A stretch of 64,000 nucleotides of DNA from Yuukianura sp. NJ FZ-2021 (Eukaryota). The notes beneath the pieces were generated by a model, which was given only the letters and a program-made list of their open reading frames with translations, had not been told where the DNA came from and did not search any database. Below, piece by piece: positions 53,484 to 64,000 of this stretch. A program made the position numbers and the translations under genes. Every line of letters begins with the position of its first letter. The stretch's first letter is position 1. The stretch is from positions 14,074,001 through 14,138,000 of the forward strand of contig CM102286.1 of the NCBI GenBank assembly GCA_046563655.1. Direction: 5' to 3'.

Positions 53484-56400
53484 ATGGCAAAAATCAAAGT
53501 TGCTCTGCGAGTGCGTCCTCGATCAACCAGGTAAAAACAGAAATTTTGCATTTGAAATTTTGAAATTCAAAATTTTTGAGTTTCTGAATCTTGGATATGC
53601 AACTTTTGCTTGATTCTTTAGGGAAACGGTAGCGAGGTATCCAGTGGTGGTTGGGATCGATGAAAATTCGGCATTCATTACAGATATAAAAGTGAAATTC
53701 TAGATGAAATTCAAAATTTTGAAATTTTGGAGTTTTGATGTGATTGATGATTTTGTTGAAATTTTGCGTCCACTAGGTTCCAGAACGTCCGTCTGCTGAC
53801 AGTCGTCAACGTTTTCGTCAGTTTGACTTTGACCATGCGTTTTGGCTGTCAGATGAAGGTGATGATGGCGCATGTCAAGAAGAAGTTTATGAAGAAATGG
53901 GTACTTCACTTGAAGAATCCATTCTGGAAGGTTATAACGCATGTCTCCTAGCCTATGGTGAGTCATATGACATCCTAAATTGGTCAAAAACTAACTTAAT
54001 TAACTCAAACGTCAAGAAATTAACTTAAGTAAGGTCATTTTAATCTCAAATTATTTATTTCAAAGGTCAAAGTTCCACCGGAAAAACCCATACCATGTTG
54101 GGCACAAAAGTATGTCAATGCATTCTCAAACATTTGAAAAATATTTTTGATTTTCTCGCCTTTTACTCTAAAAATTACGACTAATTTTGCAGGATGACCC
54201 TGGACTGATACTGTGAGTAAAGCTGAAGCTTCCTTTGAATTTTTTTGAAAATTGTATATGATTTTTTTTTCTTGAATTTTTTCTAAATTTTGATTTGAAT
54301 TTTAGACGGTTGTGTCAAGGTCTCTGGGAAAAGTTTTCTAGTCGCTGTTCCACTGCTGACAAAAGTTTTCAGATGGAAGTAAGTTTCATGGAGATTTACC
54401 GTGAGAAAGTGCGGGATCTTCTGGCTCCGTCTGAAAAGCCACTGAAACTCCGGGAACATCCGCAATTAGGACCACATGTCCAAGGTACTAAAGTTTTTTA
54501 CTTTCCCTATTTTTGCACTTTTGCAAAGTTGACCTTGACCTTTGACCTTTTTTTTTTGTGTTGTCTAGGACTGAAACGGATAGAAATCAATGAGGGGCTG
54601 AGTATCCTTGATTTACTGTGGGAAGGGGAAAAGAGACGAGCAACTGGCGCCACTGGATCCAATCGACACAGCAGTCGATCCCACGCTATTTGGACAATTT
54701 ATTTGACTTCAACGCGCAGAAGCACGGACGGCTCCGAACTCATTACCAAAAATCAAGTTCACTTGGTCGATTTAGCTGGAAGGTAAGCCACACAGAACAC
54801 AAAAACACAACAATAAGCAAGCGAAAACAGTCGAAAACAAAATGAGCGAAAACGGTGAAAACTGAGAGAAAGTGAGCGAAAGGATCAAAAACTGTAACAA
54901 AGTGAGCAAAAAACAAAGGATCAAAAACTGCGAGAAAGTGAGGGAAAGGATCAAAACGGGAAAAAAATGAACAAAAAAAAACAAAAACTGAGAGAAAGTG
55001 ACGAAATTTGTCGACAACGCAAAAAAATTGAAGAAAACGTGAGGAAAACTGAAAAAAAATTGGGTTCAAATCATAATTGGGATCTTGACACTGAACTGAC
55101 TAAATCACTGATAAGAATCAGATTTCTGCCTAATTCTGTGTTTTAGTGAGCGTGCTGATTTGGCTACGACGAAACACCTTTTAGCAGAAGGAAAAGATAT
55201 CAACCGATCTCTCGTGTCTCTTGGGAATGTCATTTCTGCACTAGGTAACAACGTATATAAAGCTTTGTACAAAATTTAAACTGGGTCAATTCGTAATTGG
55301 GGCAGAGTGAGACTTTCCGGAAAAAAACAAATTCAAAAAAGTAATTAGCCTGCCTAAATTCAAAATTTCAATTTCAGCGGAACGGGCTCAATACATTCCC
55401 TACAGAGACTCAACCTTGACATGGTTTTTGAAGGATTCGCTTGGAGGAAACGCTACAACGGCCATCATTATCAGTAATTACTTGAATTACTTTAATTGAA
55501 TTACTTAATTACTTGTAATTACTTAATTTGTGTTTGTATTGTTGTAGCGGCTTCTCCAGCTAGTTCCTGTCACGCACAAACACTAAACAGTTTTAGATTT
55601 GCCCAGAGAGCCAGATTGGTTGAAAATCAGCCCAAGATCAATGTCACCAAGTATGAAGGAAGGCCGCTGAAATTCAAACGAAACGAAAACAGAAATGGCG
55701 GGCTTTTCTCCGGAATGTCAACATTTGATCTTAAGAAAGATATTTCAAGACTTGCCAGCATGATACGATCAGCACAAGCTGTAAGTAAGAAACATATGTG
55801 AACTAAACTGCGTTTTTAGACAAGGTCACTTTTTTTTTCAAAATTTTCAAGTCACCGGGACGACTATAAAAAGAATAGTTTGTTTTTCAAAATTTTCAGT
55901 TTGTTTTTGGAAGTTGGCGGAAAAAGTTTTCTTTTTATTCAAGTACACTTTTGTTCAAATTAGAACAATGGTTCAATTTAGTACAGTTTTTAATTAAGTT
56001 TAGTCAAAAATTTTGACTTTTTCCTGCCATTTTGATGTATACTCTTTGGAATCCCGATAGAGATTGGCTTAGACGACTTCGAGTAATCTAAAAAACAAGT
56101 TTTTTTTTTTTAAAAAAAAAAGTTTTTTGAAAACTGTTTTTTGAATTTTTTTTAGAATGGCGGAATCTTACGTAGTCTGACACCTTCGAACGGCTGGAAT
56201 CGCTTGATTGCAGCGATTGAAAATTGGAGCCATTTGGACATCATTCAGCAGCATCAAAGTACTTCAATGGAAACGCTTACGAATACTTCCACTTCCGTGG
56301 CTGATGGCCAAGTCCAAGTAAATTTTTCAAAAATTTCAAAATTTTGAACAAAATTTTTTGATTTTTTGAAAATTTTTTGATTGGGCAGGTCGATTTCAAG

Positions 56401-58671
56401 TCTGACGCTTCCAATGAAAGTTCAGATTCGACTCCACGATTTACTAAAAAACGAGACAAAAGTCAAGACGTTTTCATTCCTCTTTCAAATTCATTCAAAT
56501 GTCTAAGTTGGCGCCAACAAGAAATTCAACAAATTCCGACCACTACCGGAAGTTCGACGACTTCCGAAGACGAAGCTTTCGTTTCAGTACCGACGACACC
56601 TACGGTACAACCCAAAATCAATCACCTCAAGTACATGGTTCCAGTATATTTCCCGGTAACAAGAAATGTCGACTCAGAAGGCCGGATTTCCGAAAAAATT
56701 CACGGAACAATCGAAAAGTTACATGAACCGACACGGGTCGTACCGACCGAAGTTTCAAACCGGTTTCAAAGTTCGCCTTTGATTCGAGACAAATATCCAA
56801 CTCTAGTCAATCCCCAACCGATTCCGAATTCTCCCAAAATGGAATCTTGTTCGCCGCTAGACGGGGCAATTTGGGACGAAAATTTGAATTATGTCAAATC
56901 CGTTCAGGTCAAAGGTCAAGAATCTCTTTTTTCATTTAACATTCCAAATGTCTCCGAATTTTCATCAGTCGCACATCACCCCGTCCGAGTTTACCAAAGT
57001 ACGGATGAAGATGAAGAACCGGCGAGTTGTGCACCGACGCCGCCAAAATTTCGACGCGCACGACTCCACTTTTCTTGTGACCCGGTGACCTTTGACCTCG
57101 ACCAAGAACAAAACGATACCGGAATTGGAAATTCTTACACCAATTCGACAATTTCATCTTCGTCGTACGAATCCCTCCAAGTTCTGAGTTCGCCCAAAAA
57201 AGTTTTGCCGGTAAAAACGGTTTCACGTGCCGACTTCAATTTTGGCGAAATTGAAGAAAAGTTGGACAGTTTGCAATGCGACTGCGCTCATCAATTGGCG
57301 TCGGTTTCGTGTCTGGAAAGTTCGGAAGAAGTCGGAGACGTTCGGCGTTTCAGCCGAAACTCCTCAAGTTCGCCGGAACTGATGAAACCGGTTTCACGGT
57401 TTCATAAATTCTTTGGTCAGGAATTGACGGAGCTTGAAACGATTGGAAAGCAACTCAAAAGTTTGAAACAAAAGACTGAAAAATACAACAAACTGAAACC
57501 CTATTTGGTTAAAATTGAGCAACTGACTACAATTGACCACTCTTGTGCTGATCCAGAACTGGACGCTGAAATTGAACAATGTTCTGGATGGAACGTGGGA
57601 ATTGAATTCCAGAAAGTCCAGACAGAACTTACAGCGATCAACAAAATTCTCCAGCGTGGATCATCTTCACCCAAATTGCAAAGTGAAAGTTCTTTGTCCA
57701 ATCCGGAATCTTCTGGATCCGTGTCGCTCGACAGTCATCGGAGCAGCAACGGCTCATTTTCAAACAACGACGACGTTTTCCCGCTCCCGCGAAATCAAAA
57801 TCCATCAAAATCAGCTTCAGTGCCCTTAATGACCTCGACTCCTAAAGGTCATGACCTGACATCCAAAGGTCATGGCCTGACATCCCCTCCTGCGCATGTC
57901 CCGTCCACATTTTGGTCAGATTTTTACAAAAGGATGGGCCCCAATGGCGAGGGAGATCGGAAAATGTTCAACGTTGCCTTGGAAACGGATCTCGAATTTC
58001 AGGAAGAACTAAGGCAGCATCAGCGTCGTCGCTGGCGACCATTTCTGCCCAAGACGCATAACTACCTGTGTCACCAAAATGGTTACACTGGTGGTTACGC
58101 TGGTGGTTACCCTGGAGCAGCCAACAGTAACCATCCAAGTTCCTGTAACCACTTGAGACCACCGAGACCACAATCTGCTTATACTGCCCAGTACCAAGTA
58201 CGCCGCCAGCATTTTCCGACGCATGTGCACAGCCAGTACAGAAAACAGCATGTTCGATCTCTCTCTTCCGAAGGAAGTTCGTCTGTCCACGATGGATCAC
58301 AGTCTGACCAGTATTGCTCTCATCCTCAAGGTCATCTTCATGGCTCCAATGACTTCTGCTCTTGCCATGTAACTTCAAAAAAGTTCAAAAAATTTCGAAA
58401 TTTTGCTGTTTTTTAGTTTTTGAATTTTTGGGTTTGAAATTTTCAGGATTCATTGGATTCATATGGTGGTGGTGTATACTGGGACTCCAGTTTTGACAAC
58501 GACTACTCCCCATACTGTGCATACCAAAACGGCACCAACAGAGTGACGCATGACCATAACGGTCATTCTACAACGCATGCGCATGTCCATGACGCATATC
58601 GAACCACTCCCAAAGTCAACAATCACAGAAACATTGGTTATACAAACTACAGTCAGTTTGGTAAATACTAA
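53484..58671 (+). CDS. N-terminal motor kinesin (kinesin-3-like) with long low-complexity tail, multi-exon
   Basis: [36 protein letters not shown] (P-loop), [73 protein letters not shown] and FRFAQRA. Tail exon about 56389-58368, last exon ending 58671. Confidence 0.9.
54830..55050. repeat. ~28-bp A-rich minisatellite in kinesin intron
   Basis: Recurrent AAAACTGAGAGAAAGTGAGCGAAAGGATC-like units. Confidence 0.6.
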
Positions 58672-59197
58672 AAAAGACTAAAAAGTGCTATAAAGGACTA
58701 AAAACATTATGAGTTACAAAATTTAACAAACTACAACTAAAATAAAACCAAATACTATGTAAAATCTGAATTAAAATTGTATTAAATTAAGTTACCATTT
58801 TCTATATTTTTGATTTTGGGCATGAAATTTTATGTTTAGTGTTGAGTTAGTTTGAATAAGGAAATTTCTAGAATTATTGAATTATTGTGTGGTTTAGTCA
58901 AGTGTGTCATAAAAGTACTAAAAAGTGACTCAAAGTCATTTAAGTTGCGAAATGTACCGCAAAACCCCGAAAGCGTCACTAAAAGTGCATAACGTAGGTG
59001 TTAAAAATTTGTAACTTAAGGAAAAATGTAACTAATGCTAATCATTATTTAGCTTGTCAACTTAAATTTAAGTCACGTACGAAATAAAATCTAGTCGACG
59101 TTTGCTTTAAGCACTCAACTCCTCTGACAAAAGTTTCCATTTTTTTCAAAAAGTTTCGTTTTCAAAATTTTTGAATTTGAACATCGAAAATTTCATC

Positions 59198-59908
59198 ATG
59201 GTCCAAGATTACCGCAGATACACTTTTCCATTTGTATCTCATTCGGCTTCTTTTGTAGAAGATTTGGGTGATCAGTTTTGGATTTTTGAAAATGACGAAG
59301 GAACGGAAGAAACGAAAAAAAGAGAAAGTCGTTTCAAGGGAGTAAAGCTGCGTCGTCGGCTTGAAAGGGCTAATGGTAAGACAAAATTGAAAAAGTAGTT
59401 AAAATTTTCAAAATTTTATCAAAAGAATTTTAAAAATAGTTTTTTGACGTAATGTTGTAGATGAGCCAAGAGCATCAGGACAACACGAAGATGAGCAATC
59501 ATATGGCGAGTATGTAACAAGAAGAAAGAAACGTTGTCGACCATGCCAAAAACTACAAAAATTTAAAACGGACAGAATGGATCCAGGTAATGACGTCAGT
59601 AAATGTATTTTTAAAAAATAGTATTTAAGTAAAGTTCAAAATTTTTAAAAAGATGTATTTTTACAGTTATCAAGACTGTTCAGAGTTACATTGAAGATAA
59701 AGCTACAAATTGCTCTGAAAATATTCGGGTAATGCGAGATGTCATCAAATCTGAAGAATTTAAGGAAATCCGCACAAATTTTTCACAAGGACGTTATGAA
59801 TTTGATGCAAGTCAACGCTACAGCAAGTTTCCTGTCGTTCAACGTCTGCGTAACGCTGCCTCAGATACAGCATATTTATTCAAAGTCCGAAAAGCACAGT
59901 GGTTCTGA
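59198..59908 (+). CDS. Unknown protein (exons 59198-59375, 59461-59586, 59667-59908)
   Basis: Three exons joined by phase-1 GT-AG introns give one open frame MVQDYRRYTFPF...FKVRKAQWF*. No recognisable domain. Confidence 0.55.
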
Positions 59909-60245
59909 TCAAACTTAACAAAGCTTATGTCACAACAAATATTGAACTTTTTAATTTCTAAACTCAAACTTTTTGCAATTTCTGGAATTAAAACCATTTT
60001 ACATGTTACACAAAACTTTTTGCAGGAAATACCTAATTTTGTAACATTTGTAGCCACTTTAATTCTAAAGAAACCTTAAATAAAATGGCAACAAAGGTAG
60101 CCGCGTAGTGTAGCCATCCGGCGCAGTAGTGTAGCCACTTTGCGACTACATTGAATAGCTACAATGATGGTCATTCAACTTTACCCCAACCACATTTTGA
60201 GCCGTTGTTTTTAGAAAAAGTGGGAAAAATCTAAAAAGTTAACAA

Positions 60246-63200
60246 ACACCCTCACACCTTCCAACTTTCTACAGAAGGATTTTTGGAAAAAGTCAGGATT
60301 AGGCTAACAAATTCACTACATTGCATTTTGCTTTTTTACGGAAATTTAAAAAATCGCAAAGTATTGATTTTTAAAAACACCATCACACCTTCTAACTTTC
60401 TACAGAAGGAATTTTTGGAAAATGTCAGGATTAAGTTAAAAATTCACTACATTGCATTTTGCTTTTTTACGGAAATTTAAAAAATCGCAAAGTATTGATT
60501 TTTAAAAACACCATCACACCTTCTAACTTTCTACAGAAGGAATTTTTGGAAAATGTCAGGATTAGGTTAAAAATTCACTACAGTGCATTTTCCTTTTTTA
60601 TGGAAATTTAAAAAATTCCAAATTATTGATTTTTAAAAACTCCATCACACCTTCCAACTTTCTACAGAAGGATTTTTGGAAAAAGTCAGGATTAGGCTAA
60701 CAAATTCACTACATTGCATTTTGCTTTTTTACGGAAATTTAAAAAATCGCAAAGTATTGATTTTTAAAAACACCATCACACCTTCTAACTTTCTACAGAA
60801 GGAATTTTTGGAAAATGTCAGGATTAAGTTAAAAATTCACTACATTGCATTTTCCTTTTTTACGGAAATTTAAAAAATCGCAAAGTATTGATTTTTAAAA
60901 ACACCATCACACCTTCTAACTTTCTACAGAAGGATTTTTGGAAAAAGTCGGGATTAGGGTAACAAATTCACTACAGTGCATTTTCCTTTTTTATGGAAAT
61001 TTAAAAAATCCCAAAGTACTGATTTTTAAAAACACCATCACACCTTCTAACTTTCTACAGAAGGAATTTTTGGAAAATGTCAGGATTAGGTTAAAAATTC
61101 ACTACAGTGCATTTTCCTTTTTTATGGAAATTTAAAAAATTCCAAATTATTGATTTTTAAAAACTCCATCACGCCTTCTAACTTTCTACAGAAGGATTTT
61201 TGGAAAAAGTCAGGATTAGGGTAACAAATTCACTACAGTGCATTTTCCTTTTTTATGGAAATTTAAAAAATCCCAAAGTATTGATTTTTAAAAACACCAT
61301 CACACCTTCTAACTTTCTACAGAAGGATTTTTGGAAAAAGTCAGGATTAGGCTAACAAATTCACTACAGTGCATTTTCCTTTTTTATGGAAATTTAAAAA
61401 ATCCCAAAGTATTGATTTTTAAAATCTCCATCACACCTTCTAACTTTCTGCAGAAGGATTTTTGGAAAAAGTCAGGATTAGGGTAACAAATTCACTACAG
61501 TGCATTTTCCTTTTTTATGGAAACTTAAAAAATCCCAAAGTATTGATTTTTAAAAACACCATCACACCTTCTAACTTTCTACAGAAGGAATTTTTGGAAA
61601 ATGTCAGGATTAGGTTAAAAATTCACTACAGTGCATTTTCCTTTTTTATGGAAATTTAAAAAATTCCAAATTATTGATTTTTAAAAACTCCATCACACCT
61701 TCCAACTTTCTACAGAAGGATTTTTGGAAAAAGTCAGGATTAGGCTAACAAATTCACTACATTGCATTTTGCTTTTTTACGGAAATTTAAAAAATCGCAA
61801 AGTATTGATTTTTAAAAACACCATCACACCTTCTAACTTTCTACAGAAGGAATTTTTGGAAAATGTCAGGATTAAGTTAAAAATTCACTACATTGCATTT
61901 TCCTTTTTTACGGAAATTTAAAAAATCGCAAAGTATTGATTTTTAAAAACACCATCACACCTTCTAACTTTCTACAGAAGGAATTTTTGGAAAATGTCAG
62001 GATTAGGTTAAAAATTCACTACAGTGCATTTTCCTTTTTTATGGAAATTTAAAAAATTCCAAATTATTGATTTTTAAAAACTCCATCACACCTTCTAACT
62101 TTCTACAGAAGGATTTTTGGAAAAAGTCAGGATTAGGGTAACAAATTCACTACATTGCATTTTGCTTTTTTATGGAAATTTAAAAAATCCCAAAGTATTG
62201 ATTTTTAAAAACATCATCACACCTTCTAACTTTCTACAGAAGGATTTTTGGAAAAAGTCAGGATTAGGGTAACAAATTCACTACAGTGCATTTTCCTTTT
62301 TTACGGAAATTTAAAAAATTCCAAAGTATTGATTTTTAAAAACACCATCACACCTTCTAACTTTCTACAGAAGGGTTTTTGGAAAAAGTCAGGATTAGGC
62401 TAACAAATTCACTACAGTGCATTTTCCTTTTTTATGGAAATTTAAAAAATTCCAAAGTATTGATTTTTAAAAACACCATCACACCTTCTAACTTTCTACA
62501 GAAGGGTTTTTGGAAAAAGTCAGGATTAGGGTAACAAATTCACTACAGTGCATTTTCCTTTTTTATGGAAATTTAAAAAATCCCCAAAGTACTGATTTTT
62601 AAAAACACCATCACACCTTCTAACTTTCTACAGAAGGAATTTTTGGAAAATGTCAGGATTAGGTTAAAAATTCACTACAGTGCATTTTCCTTTTTTATGG
62701 AAATTTAAAAAATTCCAAATTATTGATTTTTAAAAACTCCATCACACCTTCTAACTTTCTACAGAAGGATTTTTGGAAAAAGTCAGGATTAGGCTAACAA
62801 ATTCACTACTGTGCATTTTCCTTTTTTATGGAAATTTAAAAAATTCCAAAGTATTGATTTTTAAAAACACCATCACACCTTCTAACTTTCTACAGAAGGA
62901 TTTTTGGAAAAAGTCGGGATTAGGGTAACAAATTCACTACAGTGCATTTTCCTTTTTTATGGAAATTTAAAAAATCCCAAAGTACTGATTTTTAAAAACA
63001 CCATCACACCTTCTAACTTTCTACAGAAGGAATTTTTGGAAAATGTCAGGATTAGGTTAAAAATTCACTACAGTGCATTTTCCTTTTTTATGGAAATTTA
63101 AAAAATTCCAAATTATTGATTTTTAAAAACTCCATCACGCCTTCTAACTTTCTACAGAAGGATTTTTGGAAAAAGTCAGGATTAGGGTAACAAATTCACT

Positions 63201-63856
63201 ACAGTGCATTTTCCTTTTTTATGGAAATTTAAAAAATCCCAAAGTATTGATTTTTAAAAACACCATCACACCTTCTAACTTTCTACAGAAGGATTTTTGG
63301 AAAAAGTCAGGATTAGGCTAACAAATTCACTACAGTGCATTTTCCTTTTTTATGGAAATTTAAAAAATCCCAAAGTATTGATTTTTAAAATCTCCATCAC
63401 ACCTTCTAACTTTCTGCAGAAGGATTTTTGGAAAAAGTCAGGATTAGGGTAACAAATTCACTACAGTGCATTTTCCTTTTTTATGGAAACTTAAAAAATC
63501 CCAAAGTATTGATTTTTAAAAACACCATCACACCTTCTAACTTTCTACAGAAGGATTTTTGGAAAAAGTCAGGATTAGGCTAACAAATTCACTACAGTGC
63601 ATTTTCCTTTTTTATGGAAATTTAAAAAATCCCAAAGTATTGATTTTTAAAAACACCATCACACCTTCTAACTTTCTACAGAAGGATTTTTGGAAAAAGT
63701 CAGGATTAGGGTAACAAATTCACTACAGTGCATTTTCCTTTTTTACGGAAATTTAAAAAATCGCAAAGTATTGATTTTTAAAAACACCATCACACCTTCT
63801 AACTTTCTACAGAAGGATTTTTGGAAAAAGTCAGGATTAGGCTAACAAATTCACTA
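60246..63856. repeat. 131-bp tandem satellite, about 27.5 copies
   Basis: Unit CACCATCACACCTTCTAACTTTCTACAGAAGGA...GATTTTTAAAAA recurs every 131 bp (ORF-track offsets 393=3x131, 1441=11x131). Confidence 0.97.
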
Positions 63857-64000
63857 AACTGCTTTTTTGCTAAATTTTCCTTTTTTTTATAGAGACTTAA
63901 TGTTTATGAACAGATTTTATTTCAACAATTTCTAACCTAACTTGTAAAAGCGTTTTACAATAAATTAGAAAAAAATTGAAATTGTTTAAACTTATTCAAG

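Noticed and set aside
57394..58378. Antisense ORFs within the kinesin tail exon (and similar ones opposite CorA, P450, M60 and ISWI)
   Set aside because: These are shadow ORFs of real coding exons with no independent motifs.
60246..63856. Repeated 65-aa ORFs and a possible CRISPR-like array
   Set aside because: The units are contiguous 131-bp near-identical repeats without unique spacers, there are no cas genes, and the context is eukaryotic. The ORFs start at TTG and are by-products of the repeat.

Overview
AT-rich, intron-containing animal genomic DNA. It has short GT-AG introns, an arthropod-type ISWI, an SLC5 symporter and a kinesin; a soil hexapod such as a springtail is my inference, not something the sequence proves. 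Ordinary genes (ISWI, kinesin, SLC5, two BED zinc-finger paralogues) are interleaved with intron-poor genes that look foreign to animals: two CorA/Alr1-Mnr2-type Mg2+ channels in which the GMN signature reads GTN, a CYP51-clan-like P450 with an intronless body, an M60/TCAF-like zinc peptidase, and two copies of a small fungal-looking membrane protein. The window also holds a VMO-I lectin with a possible aerolysin-like tail and a dispersed family of small helical orphan genes that the ORF track mostly misses. Local rearrangement is heavy: split P450 halves on either side of the intact gene, a CYP/SLC5/reductase fragment chimera, and a tandem duplication with reciprocal gene loss. Mobile and repetitive DNA includes a 5'-truncated CRE-type RT-RLE retrotransposon, DINE-1/Helentron-like elements, MITEs and a 131-bp satellite array at the right end. 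All exon boundaries were read by eye, and family assignments rest on motif recognition without database searches.
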